Shown here one piece after another: positions 32,774 to 44,911 of a DNA stretch of 49,191 bases. The notes under the pieces are model-generated. The model ran no database searches and had not been told where the DNA came from. It saw nothing but the letters and a program-made list of their open reading frames with translations. Origin of the DNA: Thraustochytrium aureum (Eukaryota); NCBI GenBank assembly GCA_012862495.1, contig BLSG01000123.1:57508-106698 (forward strand), in the 5' to 3' direction. Positions within the stretch are counted from its first letter, which is position 1; every line of letters starts with the position of its first letter. The position numbers and the translations under genes were made by a program.

Positions 32774-35700
32774 ATGATGGAGGGCAATAGGAGGCTCGAG
32801 AAGATCGTCGCGCACCTGCGAGACTACTTGGGCGAGGAGAATGGCGTGCTGGGGATCGAGCGCGTGATGACTGGGGCCAAGGCCTCCGTGAAAATCGGCG
32901 ACGTCTCGCTCGACGTGGAGCCGCCCCCGCCCGGCGCAGAGACCCTGGTGCCGGTCGGGTACCTGGATCCCGCGGGCGAGACGCAAGACACGCTTCGCAT
33001 CCTGCGCTTCCTGATGCAAAAGGACAGCCTCGGCCAAGACGCCTACCTGATCGGCCCGCCGGGGCCGCTCCGGCGCGAAATCGTGCTAAAGTACTGCGAG
33101 CTCGTGCAGCGCCCCGTAGAATACGTCTCGCTCTCGCAGGACACGACCGAGTCGGACCTGAAGCAGAGGCGCGAGATCTCGCGCGGCACGGCCAAGTATG
33201 TAGACTGCGCCGCCGTGCGCGCCGCGACAATGGGGTCCGTCCTCGTCCTGGACGGCATCGAAAAAGCCGAGCGCAACGTGATGCCCCTGCTCAACAACCT
33301 ACTCGAGAACCGCGAGATGGCCCTGGAGGACGGTCGCTTCCTGGTGCACCCCAAGCGTTTCGACACGCTCCTCCAGGAGCACGCTGCCGACGAGATTGCC
33401 GCGTGGCGTCTCGTTCGCACCTCGCACCGTTTTCGGGTGGTCGCGCTGGGCCTCCCGGTGCCGCGCTACCCGGGTTCCGCGCTCGATCCCCCGTTTCGCT
33501 CCCGGTTTCAGGCGCGCGACGTGCCGTCGCTTCGCCCCAGTGAGCAGCTCGAGGTTGTCGAGAGCCAGATTTCAGAGCTGACCTCTACTCTGGTCCCACG
33601 GCAGCTCGTTCAGGCTGCCGCGGTCTTGCACGACCTGCGCCACTCGGAGGGCGTGTCAGCGATGAGCGCGGTGCCTGAACTCCCGCAGGGCTACGAGGAC
33701 TTGGCGGCCGAGCTCTTGGGCGCTTTCCCGTTCATCTCGCCGAGGGCGCTCCTGGACTTTGTCTACCCGTTTCCGCAGCTCATGGCGGGCTCGGCGGATG
33801 ACCGGGCCCCGGTCGTCAACAAGGTCCTTGCGCGCTTTTCTCTTCAGCGGCGCGACGCCTACTCGCCGCCTGACCCCGCGGCTGGGCGCATGATCGTGCG
33901 CAAAGAGGGCGACCTCGCCGACGAGCCCGTCGCCGAAGACCAGCTGGAGAGCGCCCCGCTCTGCAACTACGTTGTCGAGCAGGTTGTGGCTCTGGGCTCG
34001 GCCAGCGAGGCCCGCGTCCGCTTTCGCCTCGAGGCGCTCAGCGCCTTCACGTTCGAGTACCTGAAAAACATGTCCAACCAGGAGACAGTCGTCACAGTGC
34101 CCGCCGGGGACCTCCCCGTGGCACCCAGCTCGGCCGGCTTTGTAGAAACGATGACCAACCTCGAGCAATTCAGCCGCATGGTCCAGGCGCACGCCGTCGG
34201 AGACTTTTGCATGGTCGGCGAGAAGGGCGGCGGCAAGTCCGCCTTGGTAAACTACTTTGCAAAGCGGCTCGGCTACCGCGTCGAGCACATCCCGCTCTAC
34301 AAGGACATCACGGCCCGGAGCCTCCTGCAACGCCGCATCACGCACCCGAACGGCGATACCGACTGGGAAAACTCGAGCCTCGTCGTCGCTGCCCTCACGG
34401 GCCGGCTCGCGGTGCTTGACGGCGTCGAGCAGTGATTCCCGGTACGCTCGCCTCGCTGCAGCTTCTCGTCGCCCAGCGCGAGGCCCGCCTGCCAGATGGC
34501 CGCCGCCTCCTCTCGCACGACCAGTTTCAACTCCTCGGCCGCCGCCACGGCCTCTCGCGGGAGCAGCTCATGGAGCGCGGCGTTCTTCCTATCCACCNNN
34601 NNNNNNNNNNNNNNNNNNNNNNNNNNNNNNNNNNNNNNNNNNNNNNNNNNNNNNNNNNNNNNNNNNNNNNNNNNNNNNNNNNNNNNNNNNNNNNNNNNNN
34701 NNNNNNNNNNNNNNAGCGCGGCGTTCTTCCTATCCACCCCGCCTTTCGCATCATCGCGCTGGCGCGCCCTGCGGGAGCGAAGAGCGCGGGGGCCCCCACG
34801 GGCACCTGGCGCGACTGGCTCGGGGCAGAGGTGCAGAGCATGTTCGCCTTTGTCTACGTGGAGCCGCTTCGCGTGGAGGAGCAAAAGTTTATCCTGCGCA
34901 CGCTTGCCCCTCGCGTGCACGTCGAGCAGCTGAACCGCCTCATGGACTTTGCGGCGCTGCTCCGCCAAGAGGTTGCCAAGGACGAGATGCTCGCAACGCT
35001 TCTCACAGCCGTCTCCCTTCGATCGATGATCCGAATTTGCCGCCGCATCTCGGTACAAGTTGGCGAGGAGGAGGAAGCAGACCGTGCGGCCACAGGGGGG
35101 ATGCTCGCTCTGCACGAGGCGGTCCTGCGCGCTGCGCTCGCGCGCTTCTTGCCGCCCATCGTCCTCGAAAGCCTTCTGCACATGCTAAAGGTGTCTGGAA
35201 TCCCTGGCCCCACCTCGGCGCAGCTTGAGGCGCCCGACGACCTCACCGTGCGCGTTTTGGACGGGGCTGCCGCCGAACCGCTCAAAAAGGACCGCAACGC
35301 TGTCGCAGTGCTCAAGATTGGCTCGCTCGCTGTTGACGTCATGCCTCCCAAGGACGTGCTCCTCATTCCAGACATTCTCTTTTACGACAACCCTCGCCAG
35401 TCGCTTTCGATGCGCGAGATGATCAAGGATTGGATGAGCGGCCAGCATCTCCTGCTCATCGGCAACCAGGGCGTCGGCAAGAACAAGCTGGCAGACCGAA
35501 TGTTGCAGCTCCTTCGGCTGCCCCGCGAGTACATTCAGCTTCACCGTGACACGACAGTGCAAAACCTCACGAGCAACCCGACGATCGTCAACGGCGTGCT
35601 CAAGTACGAGGACTCGCCCTTGGTGCGCGCCGCGCGCGAAGGCCGCGTTCTGGTCGTTGACGAGGCCGACAAAGCGCCCACCCACGTGACCGCGATTCTC

Positions 35701-38700
35701 AAGGCGCTCGTGGAGGACCGATCAATGCTCTTGAGCGACGGGCGCCGCATCGTCGACCCAGACGACGTTGTGCCCGGCGGGGAGGGCCNNNNNNNNNNNN
35801 NNNNNNNNNNNNNNNNNNNNNNNNNNNNNNNNNNNNNNNNNNNNNNNNNNNNNNNNNNNNNNNNNNNNNNNNNNNNNNNNNNNNNNNNNNNNNNNNNNNN
35901 NNNNNNNNNNNNNNNNNNNNNNNNNNNNNNNNNNNNNNNNNNNNNNNNNNNNNNNNNNNNNNNNNNNNNNNNNNNNNNNNNNNNNNNNNNNNNNNNNNNN
36001 NNNNNNNNNNNNNNNNNNNNNNNNNNNNNNNNNNNNNNNNNNNNNNNNNNNNNNNNNNNNNNNNNNNNNNNNNNNNNNNNNNNNNNNNNNNNNNNNNNNN
36101 NNNNNNNNNNNNNNNNNNNNNNNNNNNNNNNNNNNNNNNNNNNNNNNNNNNNNNNNNNNNNNNNNNNNNNNNNNNNNNNNNNNNNNNNNNNNNNNNNNNN
36201 NNNNNNNNNNNNNNNNNNNNNNNNNNNNNNNNNNNNNNNNNNNNNNNNNNNNNNNNNNNNNNNNNNNNNNNNNNNNNNNNNNNNNNNNNNNNNNNNNNNN
36301 NNNNNNNNNNNNNNNNNNNNNNNNNNNNNNNNNNNNNNNNNNNNNNNNNNNNNNNNNNNNNNNNNNNNNNNNNNNNNNNNNNNNNNNNNNNNNNNNNNNN
36401 NNNNNNNNNNNNNNNNNNNNNNNNNNNNNNNNNNNNNNNNNNNNNNNNNNNNNNNNNNNNNNNNNNNNNNNNNNNNNNNNNNNNNNNNNNNNNNNNNNNN
36501 NNNNNNNNNNNNNNNNNNNNNNNNNNNNNNNNNNCGCCCCGAACGCGGCGACTGTGCTCGCGCTCTCTGGCGAGGCGGGCTTGCCGGGCACGCCTGGGTC
36601 GAGCCTGAGCGCGCTTGTGCTCAACCCGACGTCGGGCAACCTCGTCGCCGTGGACTTGAAGGCTCAGCAGTTTGCATTCCTCGACCTCCCGCCCGGTTGC
36701 GATCGAAAGGGGGCCAAAGTGCAGATGGTGCAGTCCCCCGCGCCAGCCCAGGATCGCGTCTTGCTCTACCAGCGCGGGCACCGGTTTGTGACCGTCATCG
36801 ACTGGAAGACTGGCAGGGTCTTTTCTTCAAGCGTGCTCAACGAAAGCCCGGCTCGCCAGCAGCTCCAGGTAAACGTCGAGCGTGTTGACGCCGTTGGCCC
36901 CGCGTCTTGGGTGCTCTCCGCGTCGCCGGACCCGCCGCGGAGCGGCTCTGCGGGAGGCAACTTGTCCGGGGCCAAGCCCGCCACGTTTCACTTGGCCTTG
37001 GATCTTGCAACCGGCGAGTTTCTGCTGGAGCGGCTGGAGCGCCGCGAGCCGTCGGCGGAGGCCGTGGCAGCCTCGACGATGCCTTCGTTCGCGTCTGGAT
37101 CGCCCATGGCAGAGGCTCCGGGGGCGCTCCCGGCCACCGGGAGTTCGGCGCGGATGCTCCAGCTGCGTGACCGCGACGCGGCGCCAGGGTCCCGCATTCC
37201 TGCACTGGCGGTCAACCTGCCGGAGGCTTTTGAGAGGGGCTCGCGCGCGAGCATTTACCAGATCGACGACAAGCTGACGGTCGGCGACAACGGCGCCGAG
37301 GCCGAGGAGAGCGACCCCGTTGTCGTCTCCTCGGGCGCGATCAAGAAGGCAAAGCAGCGCGACGTCAAGCCGGCGCGCATCCACGCCATGCAGCTCGAGC
37401 GCTCGCAGCTGATGGCCGTCGTGCGAGAGGCCCCGGAGCGCATGAAGGTCGACATTGAGCTCTTCGACATTGCAAACGCCACGCGCCGCACGCTGACGGT
37501 GAGCCTCGAGGAGGACGTGCTCGACAACAACGACCCGGACCTGCGCATCCGCGGATCGGGCGCGGCAGTGAGCTCGCAGCACGGCACGCCGGTGCGCCAT
37601 TCGCCCAACCTGTCCGCCCTCAAGAACGCGCTGACGCCTTCGCAGTTCAACGCGTTCGCCATGCGGCGCACCACGATGAGCGAGGCCTCGCAGCGTCTCT
37701 TCGTGACCGAGGTCTCGGACAAGGCTGTCGTCACGGTGGACTGCTTGGGGCACGCTCGCGTTTGGCTCGTTGATGACCTCGCGATCCGCCAGGCGTTCGC
37801 AGACTGGCGCAAGCTGGTCGGCCGCGCCGAGGATGGACCGCTCAAGATCCAGTAAGTCATTATTTGCTTTTGAGATTCCACCTCCTCGCGCCCTGCGCCG
37901 CAACGAGCTGCTCGTGTTCTGCTATTGCGGAGGAGCGAACGCGCGCACCTGGGCCCCAACTGACTCGCCGAAACAGGTTCAAGGGCGACGAGCGCTTCCC
38001 GGACGCCAAAGACGATGCCGATGGCGAGGAGGGCGACGGCAAGGGCAAGGGCAACGGGGACGGCGAAGGCGAAGGCGAGGGCGAGGGCAAGGGCAAGGGC
38101 AACGGGAACGGCGAGGGCGATGGTGGCGGGGACGGCAACGGAAGCGGTCAACTTGGTGGCGGCGGCGGCGGCGGGAGCTCGGGCAAAGCCAAGGGCAAGG
38201 GCGTCGATGACCTCGCAGAGCTGCCAGATCCCTCCGACCTCGAGTTTCAGGAGATCGAGAACCCTGGCGCAGACAAGCGTCCACCGGGCGAAGACGGCGT
38301 TGCCGAGGAGGCGCAGCAGGCCGCAAAGGACCTCAAGCGCGAGGAGTGGCTCAAGGTCTTGGAGAAGCTGGAAATGTCCGAGCACGATGCTGACAAGTAC
38401 GAAAAGTACAAGGACGCAGTCCGCACGGAGATCCGCGAACTGCGCGTCACGCTGGAAGGGCTTGAGGCCAACGAGACCGAGCGCGTGTGGCTAAAGAACC
38501 AGACCACGGGCGACCTGGACGACAGCCGGCTCATCGACGGGCTCACTGGGGAGCGGTCGATCTACAAGCGTCGTGCAGACCAGTCGCCCGACTCGGCCAT
38601 GTACCAGCCGCTGCCGAAGAAGCTGCACTTTGGTTCGACCTCTCGATGAGCATGGGCCGGTACGCGGCGGACGGCCGGCTGCAGCGCTCGCTCGAGGCTG

Positions 38701-39209
38701 CCGTTATGATCTTGGAGGCGTCCAAGGGTTTCGAGCAAAAGTTCGACATCCGCTTCACGGGGCATTCCGGCGACAGCGACAATGTGCACCTCGGCGTGGA
38801 CTGGGGTCACCCACCGCGCGACGACAAGGAGCGCCTCAACGTGATCAAGCGGATGAATGCGCACGTGCAGGCCTGCGACTCGGGCGACACGACGGTCCAG
38901 GCGATTCGCAAGGCGGTCGACGGCATGGCGCGGGACGGGCGCGAGGCGGACGGCAGGTACATATTCGCCGTCTCAGATGCCAACTTGGACCAGTACTCGA
39001 TCGGGCCGGAGCACTTTGAGCGCCTCGTCGCGAGCGCGATGCAGACCAACACGCATCTGTTCATCCTGTTTATTGCTTCGATGGGGGACCAGGCCCAGAC
39101 CTTTGAGGACCGCCTGCCAGGCAAGGTATTCTCCTGCTTCACCAAGGCTGACATCCCCAAGACGCTCAAGAAGATGTTTCTCGCCGCGGCCTCGGCTTCC
39201 AGGTTTTGA
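32774..39209 (+). CDS. VWA8: VWA8-like AAA+ (MoxR/dynein-related) ATPase with C-terminal VWA domain; frameshifts at ~34432 and ~38633, intron 37852-37976, two gaps
   Basis: MQKDSLGQDAYLIGPPGPLRR, DTTESDLKQRREI, GIEKAERNVMPLLNNLLENREM, Walker A GEKGGGKS and GNQGVGKN, ERVWLKNQTTGDLDD, MIDAS DLSMS and SDANL. The GTAAGT...CTGAC...CAG intron joins in frame (KIQ|FKG). Confidence 0.9.
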
Positions 39210-39357
39210 ATTTCTATTGATCTCAAGAGAGAAAATCAACCAAAAAGACAAGAACGAAAAATGGTTCCAAGTGATCCGTTGCACATTGCACGACTTGGCC
39301 AAGTGGCAGCTCGCGCTTTCCCACGCCGGCGCAGGCGAAATCGCCCTCTCGCAGAGC

Positions 39358-40164
39358 ATGGAGGAGAGATCGTGCCCGTCGTGCGGCGCGCGCGTGCCAC
39401 AGCACAATGCTGCGCTGCACGAGGCGCGTTGCGCTCGACTCGCGGCCAGTTCTGCGAAGGCGGGATTGCGCTTGCTCGAGGCGAGCCCGGCGCCGCCTCG
39501 AGCGACCGCTAACGAGCAGCGCGAGTGCACGGCTACGGTGGGTTCGCTGTGGCGCGACCACCTCAGCATGCTCGAGCGCTCGGACTGGGTCTTGGCGCAG
39601 GATATTGCGCTAGGCGAACAGGAGGAAGCGGACGAGGCGCTCGCCCGCCGCCTCGCCAGCGCGGGCGAGCAAACCGAGCACTGGCTCGTCGATGCCTCTG
39701 CGCCAGCGACTGTGGCAGGGCCAGACATCCTTTCCGAGCTGCTTCTTAGCGCCCCGCCCTGCACGAGCGCCGTCGAGGGCGGCTGGGGCTCAGCGGGCAT
39801 CAACGACGCGGACGCCCTCGCCGAGCTCTTAGCCAGCACCGACACGCCGCGCCACGCACAGAGCGACGAGGCAGGGACGAATCGCCGCGCAGCAACTGCA
39901 CCTGGACGGCACGGAGCACCAGGGAAATGCGCAAAAACAGACATTCGAGAGGTTTCTTCGTTGGACTTGGGCGCGAGCAGACGCAAGCTCGCCGAAGCGA
40001 TCGTAACGGGCCACCGCCTGGCGCAGGATTCCGCGGCCAACGCAGCGCGATCGGGGGCCTGGAGTAGTGCTTGGCCGGCCGGCCGCAGCACCAATCACCT
40101 CGACGCTGTGGTTGACCCGGAGGAGCAGCTGCAGCACGCAATAGCAGCAAGCCTCACGGGTTGA
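39358..40164 (+). CDS. Putative ubiquitin-binding adaptor (UBZ-like C2HC finger, MIU-like and UIM-like motifs)
   Basis: N-terminal CPSCGARVPQHNAALHEARC, central EEADEALARRL, C-terminal EEQLQHAIAASL. Confidence 0.6.
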   Translation: MEERSCPSCGARVPQHNAALHEARCARLAASSAKAGLRLLEASPAPPRATANEQRECTATVGSLWRDHLSMLERSDWVLAQDIALGEQEEADEALARRLASAGEQTEHWLVDASAPATVAGPDILSELLLSAPPCTSAVEGGWGSAGINDADALAELLASTDTPRHAQSDEAGTNRRAATAPGRHGAPGKCAKTDIREVSSLDLGASRRKLAEAIVTGHRLAQDSAANAARSGAWSSAWPAGRSTNHLDAVVDPEEQLQHAIAASLTG

Positions 40165-41068
40165 GAGCTGCATCCGGCTCGTGTGTGCACACGCGCAAAC
40201 AACGACAAGCGGCTGCNNNNNNNNNNNNNNNNNNNNNNNNNNNNNNNNNNNNNNNNNNNNNNNNNNNNNNNNNNNNNNNNNNNNNNNNNNNNNNNNNNNN
40301 NNNNNNNNNNNNNNNNNNNNNNNNNNNNNNNNNNNNNNNNNNNNNNNNNNNNNNNNNNNNNNNNNNNNNNNNNNNNNNNNNNNNNNNNNNNNNNNNNNNN
40401 NNNNNNNNNNNNNNNNNNNNNNNNNNNNNNNNNNNNNNNNNNNNNNNNNNNNNNNNNNNNNNNNNNNNNNNNNNNNNNNNNNNNNNNNNNNNNNNNNNNN
40501 NNNNNNNNNNNNNNNNNNNNNNNNNNNNNNNNNNNNNNNNNNNNNNNNNNNNNNNNNNNNNNNNNNNNNNNNNNNNNNNNNNNNNNNNNNNNNNNNNNNN
40601 NNNNNNNNNNNNNNNNNNNNNNNNNNNNNNNNNNNNNNNNNNNNNNNNNNNNNNNNNNNNNNNNNNNNNNNNNNNNNNNNNNNNNNNNNNNNNNNNNNNN
40701 NNNNNNNNNNNNNNNNNNNNNNNNNNNNNNNNNNNNNNNNNNNNNNNNNNNNNNNNNNNNNNNNNNNNNNNNNNNNNNNNNNNNNNNNNNNNNNNNNNNN
40801 NNNNNNNNNNNNNNNNNNNNNNNNNNNNNNNNNNNNNNNNNNNNNNNNNNNNNNNNNNNNNNNNNNNNNNGAAACGCGGGCTGCGTGGGGGAGGGAGGGA
40901 GGGCGTGGAGGCGGGCCTTGCTGCGCGTGGCGGCTGGAGGCCTGGGAGTCGGCTGCGTGCGCGCGTGTCCGCGTCAACGGCGTTCGCTCTTGGGGGCGCT
41001 CGCGGAGCAGGTTTTGGGACTCGGGCGGCTCGGGCCGGTTTTGGGCGGATTTTTCGTTGTGGCTGAGG

Positions 41069-41533
41069 ATGGCGAGCGGACGCAAGGCGTTTCAGCACGG
41101 CGGGCAGACGGTGTATGAGTGGGAGCAGAGCTTGAATGAGGTGCTGCTATTTGTGACGCCGCCGCCGGGCGTCAAGTCGAAGGATCTCAAAATTGAGATT
41201 ACCAAGTCCCACCTCGTGATCGGGCTCAAGGGCGTGGAGCGGCCCTTTATTGATGAGGACTTTTTTGACACGGTCGTTGTGGACGAGTCGTTTTGGACCA
41301 TGGATGGGGGCGTCGTGGAGATCAACGTTCAAAAGATGCGCAAGGCCTCGACGTGGGATAGCGCGCTCAAGGGCCACGGCACGTTGGACCCACTTGCCAA
41401 GGACGAGATTCAAAAGAAGATGACGCTCGAGCGCTTCCAGGAGGAGCACCCTGGATTTGACTTTTCTGGGGCCGAGTTCTCCGGTTCCGCACCGGACCCG
41501 CGCCAGTTTATGGGCGGCGTCCCGTACAAGTGA
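41069..41533 (+). CDS. NUDCD2: NudC/CS-domain co-chaperone, NUDCD2-like
   Basis: YEWEQSLNEV CS-domain start, ESFWT and KKMTLERFQEEHPGFDFSGAEF; 154 aa. Confidence 0.88.
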   Translation: MASGRKAFQHGGQTVYEWEQSLNEVLLFVTPPPGVKSKDLKIEITKSHLVIGLKGVERPFIDEDFFDTVVVDESFWTMDGGVVEINVQKMRKASTWDSALKGHGTLDPLAKDEIQKKMTLERFQEEHPGFDFSGAEFSGSAPDPRQFMGGVPYK

Positions 41534-41874
41534 GCCGTGCGTGAGGTGAACGGTTTGCGCTGGTGACGCCCGACGGGAAGAAACAAACCAAAACGAACGG
41601 CCCGGGGCAGCACGGAGCACCCCAAAGCGTTTCAATGATCGGAGACGCTGCGATGGGCACGGGAGTCGCGCAACTTGAATGGCAAAACCGTCGTCAGTCA
41701 CTCGGACGGTTGCGAAGTCGGAGAGGTGAGGTTTTGAAATGAACGAATTGTATTTTTCCACCAATGTCCCACCAACCCACTCTCCCGATTTCCATTCCGG
41801 CAGCTTGCCTCGCGACTAGCCGCAGACAGCAGTTGGTACTTGATCATGGCACAGGAGCACTGCATTTTGCACCT

Positions 41875-43924
41875 CTACGCCGGGTTGCTCCTGTTGGCTA
41901 TCACTTGACAGTAGTGGTCGCGCAGACCCCCCTCCGTGAGGCCAAACCCTCCGCCACTCGAAGAGCACTTGCAGATGTCCTCACCAATGCAATTGTCAAA
42001 AGCGTCGACATGAGTTACGTAGACGAACACAAGGGTGGCAACCAAGCAGCTGCACAAGGTGAACATGGCGAAAAACCAGCGGTGGCGGCTGTTCCAGATC
42101 TCGGAGAGCTTGTAGCCCATCCTTCGCTCACCAGCGACACAGACGATGTCGGTGAAGATTTCGAAGGCGAGCTGAATAGAGGCGTCCACGAAGACGCGAG
42201 TGGTGTCTAGTCGCTCAGTGAACGGGTTCGCTGCGGTCATGTAGTAATCCAATGGAAACACGGTCTTGTGGCCCTCGAATAAGACGATGATGAAGGGAAT
42301 CGCTGGCACCCGGGCGCACTGCTCGTCAGCTCAACCGCCACAGCAAAGGGGAGAGCCCTTCTCGGCAGCGGAAACTTACAAAAGATTGCCTGGTACTCGG
42401 CGAGCATCTCCCCAATCAGGACCATGGACCGGAAAATGCGTTGCGCGGCTTGGACTTCCTCTAAAGAGCGCGCAATCTCGTACGCAGACATCTTCGACAG
42501 CGAGCTTGAGGTGCGGCTAGCGGCCACGCCAATTTTTACGTTTTTGAGCAAGGACGGCCGCGAACGGCCCAGGGTTGGAAGTCCGCTGCTCAATGCACGC
42601 ATTGAGGAGAGCGAAACGCTGTGCCCCTTCGACTCAACTGCACTTGTCACGGATGGCAAAAGAATTACAGTGCCGCGGCGAGCACCTTTGCTCCGCTTCA
42701 CACTTGCGAGCATGCGCAAGAATCGCTTCAGGGCGCGGTCCCGGATCCCAATAGTAAAGCGCATGACTATCTCGAGCACGGTTTGAAACGCGACGACACC
42801 AATCAGAATTCGCTGGTCCTTAAAGTTGCTGAACATGAGGCGTGTCAAGTTCGCCATGAGCATTTGGGTGTACATGAAAAACCACCAAGTCGTGTCACGC
42901 TGCACTTCCACCTCGCCCTTCTTGCCCGCAACGTTGGCGTCGAGCGTGAGATATGCTGCAGAAATCCGAGAGGAAGTGCACATGATTTCGCGCACGACTG
43001 GAAGAATGAAAACACTGGCCACAACACGGTTCCTGTCGTTTGATACCGGGAAGTTGCGCAGCACGAGCAGCAGCAAAAACCCGACGATGAACAAAACTAA
43101 GTGGACGACCGCGTGAAGGGGGATCTTTGAGCTGCGCTCAGAGACCAGTTTGAGCGAACTGACAAAGCACAGGAAAGGGAGCATAGACGTGAATTGGTAG
43201 GCCAGGCCCTCGGCGGAAACATAGCGGACGGAACTGAAGATTCGCTGCCCGACGACGACAGCGGCGATGACAACTAAAATTCGTCCCCAAGTTGTGCGCA
43301 TGTAAGCCAGAAAGATGACTGGAAGGTACCCGAAATAGTACACGTCGAACGTGAGATCTGAAGCGGGCTTGCGCGTTAGGACTTTGTCCGAGTGCTATGA
43401 CAGCGGCCGTGCTTCCAGCGCGACCTGCCCGCATTTCCCAGTGACTTACGGTAGCTTTGAGGAACAGTGCGGACGTAAATAATCGGCTCAAGGTTGGTCT
43501 CATTCCCGCTCATTCGCACAGTTGATTGAAGCACCCTGGGGATGTAAAAGAATGGAAAGCAGCTCAGCCCTATCACACCGCCGTAAAGCATAAGTTCAGT
43601 GACCAGCGTGAGCGGAGCCAAAAACGCGGACGCGACACTCCCCGGCGCGGCATCGGCGAGGGCAAGCAATGCGCGTGGAGAGTCTGCAGCCGGTGCAATG
43701 CTCTCGTCGACTGCAAGAGGGCCGCCATTCCCTCCTGCTCTGTCGCAAGGCTTGGCATCGGCGGGGATCGGCACGTTTTGATCGCCAGGATGGTGAGCGG
43801 TCGTCGTGGCATCAGCACCAGCCTCGTTGTTCTCAAAGGCCTGTTGCGGGGGCTTGGAGTCGGCTTGAGCCGCTGCGTCGGCGCCGTCGTGTGGCTCAAC
43901 GCGCTTCCAGTGACCAGCCCCCAT
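41875..43924 (-). CDS. Unknown polytopic membrane protein; introns 43358-43449 and 42303-42379
   Basis: Two GTAAGT...AG introns join three ORFs in frame (SY|HLTFDVYYF and AIF|SIPFIIV). There are many hydrophobic segments and a Cys-rich C-terminus. The start is uncertain. Confidence 0.68.
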
Positions 43925-44494
43925 CTTGCGGCTCTGCTCGTTCTCGCGCGCAGCTGCAAGCACATCTCGCGGCCACACGTAAAGCAGTTCAGATTCTTCA
44001 GAACTGTGTTCTTGCTCTCCATCACAACCCAATCCGTTGGACAAATCGCTCCATCTGACTCCCTGGACGGCCGTCGCAAACGCTGATGAGTTCCGCTGCG
44101 TTGCGTTGAAGATCACGTGAGCGTTCACGTACTTGGCGAGGGAGATTGGGAAAGCAGTTCAGAGGCGAATGCTACGGTACGATGTGCAACACCGCCGCTT
44201 GACGTGCCGTTGATGGACAGCCAAGAAATTGCCGTCCTGGACAAGGCGAGAGCGAGAAATAAGCCGGAGGAATGGAAAGGAAGAGCAGCCTCCGAAACAG
44301 TGCAAAACCAGGCTCACCCTCGCTTACACATGTATCCGGTAGATCCGTTTGGTCGAAGAAGAAGAAAGAAGCAGTTCGAGCGCTGCTCCAACGCCTGGCA
44401 GCCTGCAGTGCGTCGGGGCGCCGGGCCTCGTTGTGGGCGCTACAACGCCCAGATCGGCGCCCAGCTCGAGCTGCTGCTGGTTCTTGTTCTGGGC

Positions 44495-44911
44495 ATGGAG
44501 GTCCGCGACGCCGAGACGGGCGAGGTGCTGCAGGTGGGGCGTCGCGTTGAGACCGCTGGCGCTCGACGCAAGCGCGGCGGCGGCCATGCAAAGGACCGGC
44601 TCGGCGAAGCCGAGCTACTGATGCAGCGGCAAAGGGATGCGCAGGAGAAGGAGGCCCGGAAAAGGTACCTTGTCGGTGTGCGTCGGCGCCAGGATGAGTA
44701 CTTGGCGCAGATTATCCAGGAGGAGGTGAAGGCGGAGAAGGCTAGACAGGTGCAGTGGCGCCTCGAAGCGATCACCCCTTCCGCACGCAAGTTTCTCAAC
44801 GAAAAGTTTGATCGGGAGCGCGCCGTGGCTCGGGAACGGGTTGAGCGCATTCGAAAGGAGAACGAGCTTGCCCTTGTATCCAAGATGGTGGAATGCAATT
44901 TGATCCGATGA
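44495..44911 (+). CDS. Small coiled-coil hypothetical protein
   Basis: Charged helical sequence (RRRQDEYLAQIIQEEVKAEKAR...FDRERAVARERVERIRKENEL). The start may lie further upstream in the same frame. Confidence 0.55.
   Translation: MEVRDAETGEVLQVGRRVETAGARRKRGGGHAKDRLGEAELLMQRQRDAQEKEARKRYLVGVRRRQDEYLAQIIQEEVKAEKARQVQWRLEAITPSARKFLNEKFDRERAVARERVERIRKENELALVSKMVECNLIR

Noticed and set aside
34433..34435. TGA in VWA8 as stop readthrough, selenocysteine or an alternative genetic code
   Set aside because: Homology continues in a different frame (IPGTLASLQ), so this is a one-base indel. TGA, TAA and TAG all terminate other genes normally.
2732..39209. Lipid-catabolism gene cluster (lipases, ACOX, ALDH, VWA8)
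   Set aside because: The genes are far apart and interleaved with unrelated housekeeping genes.
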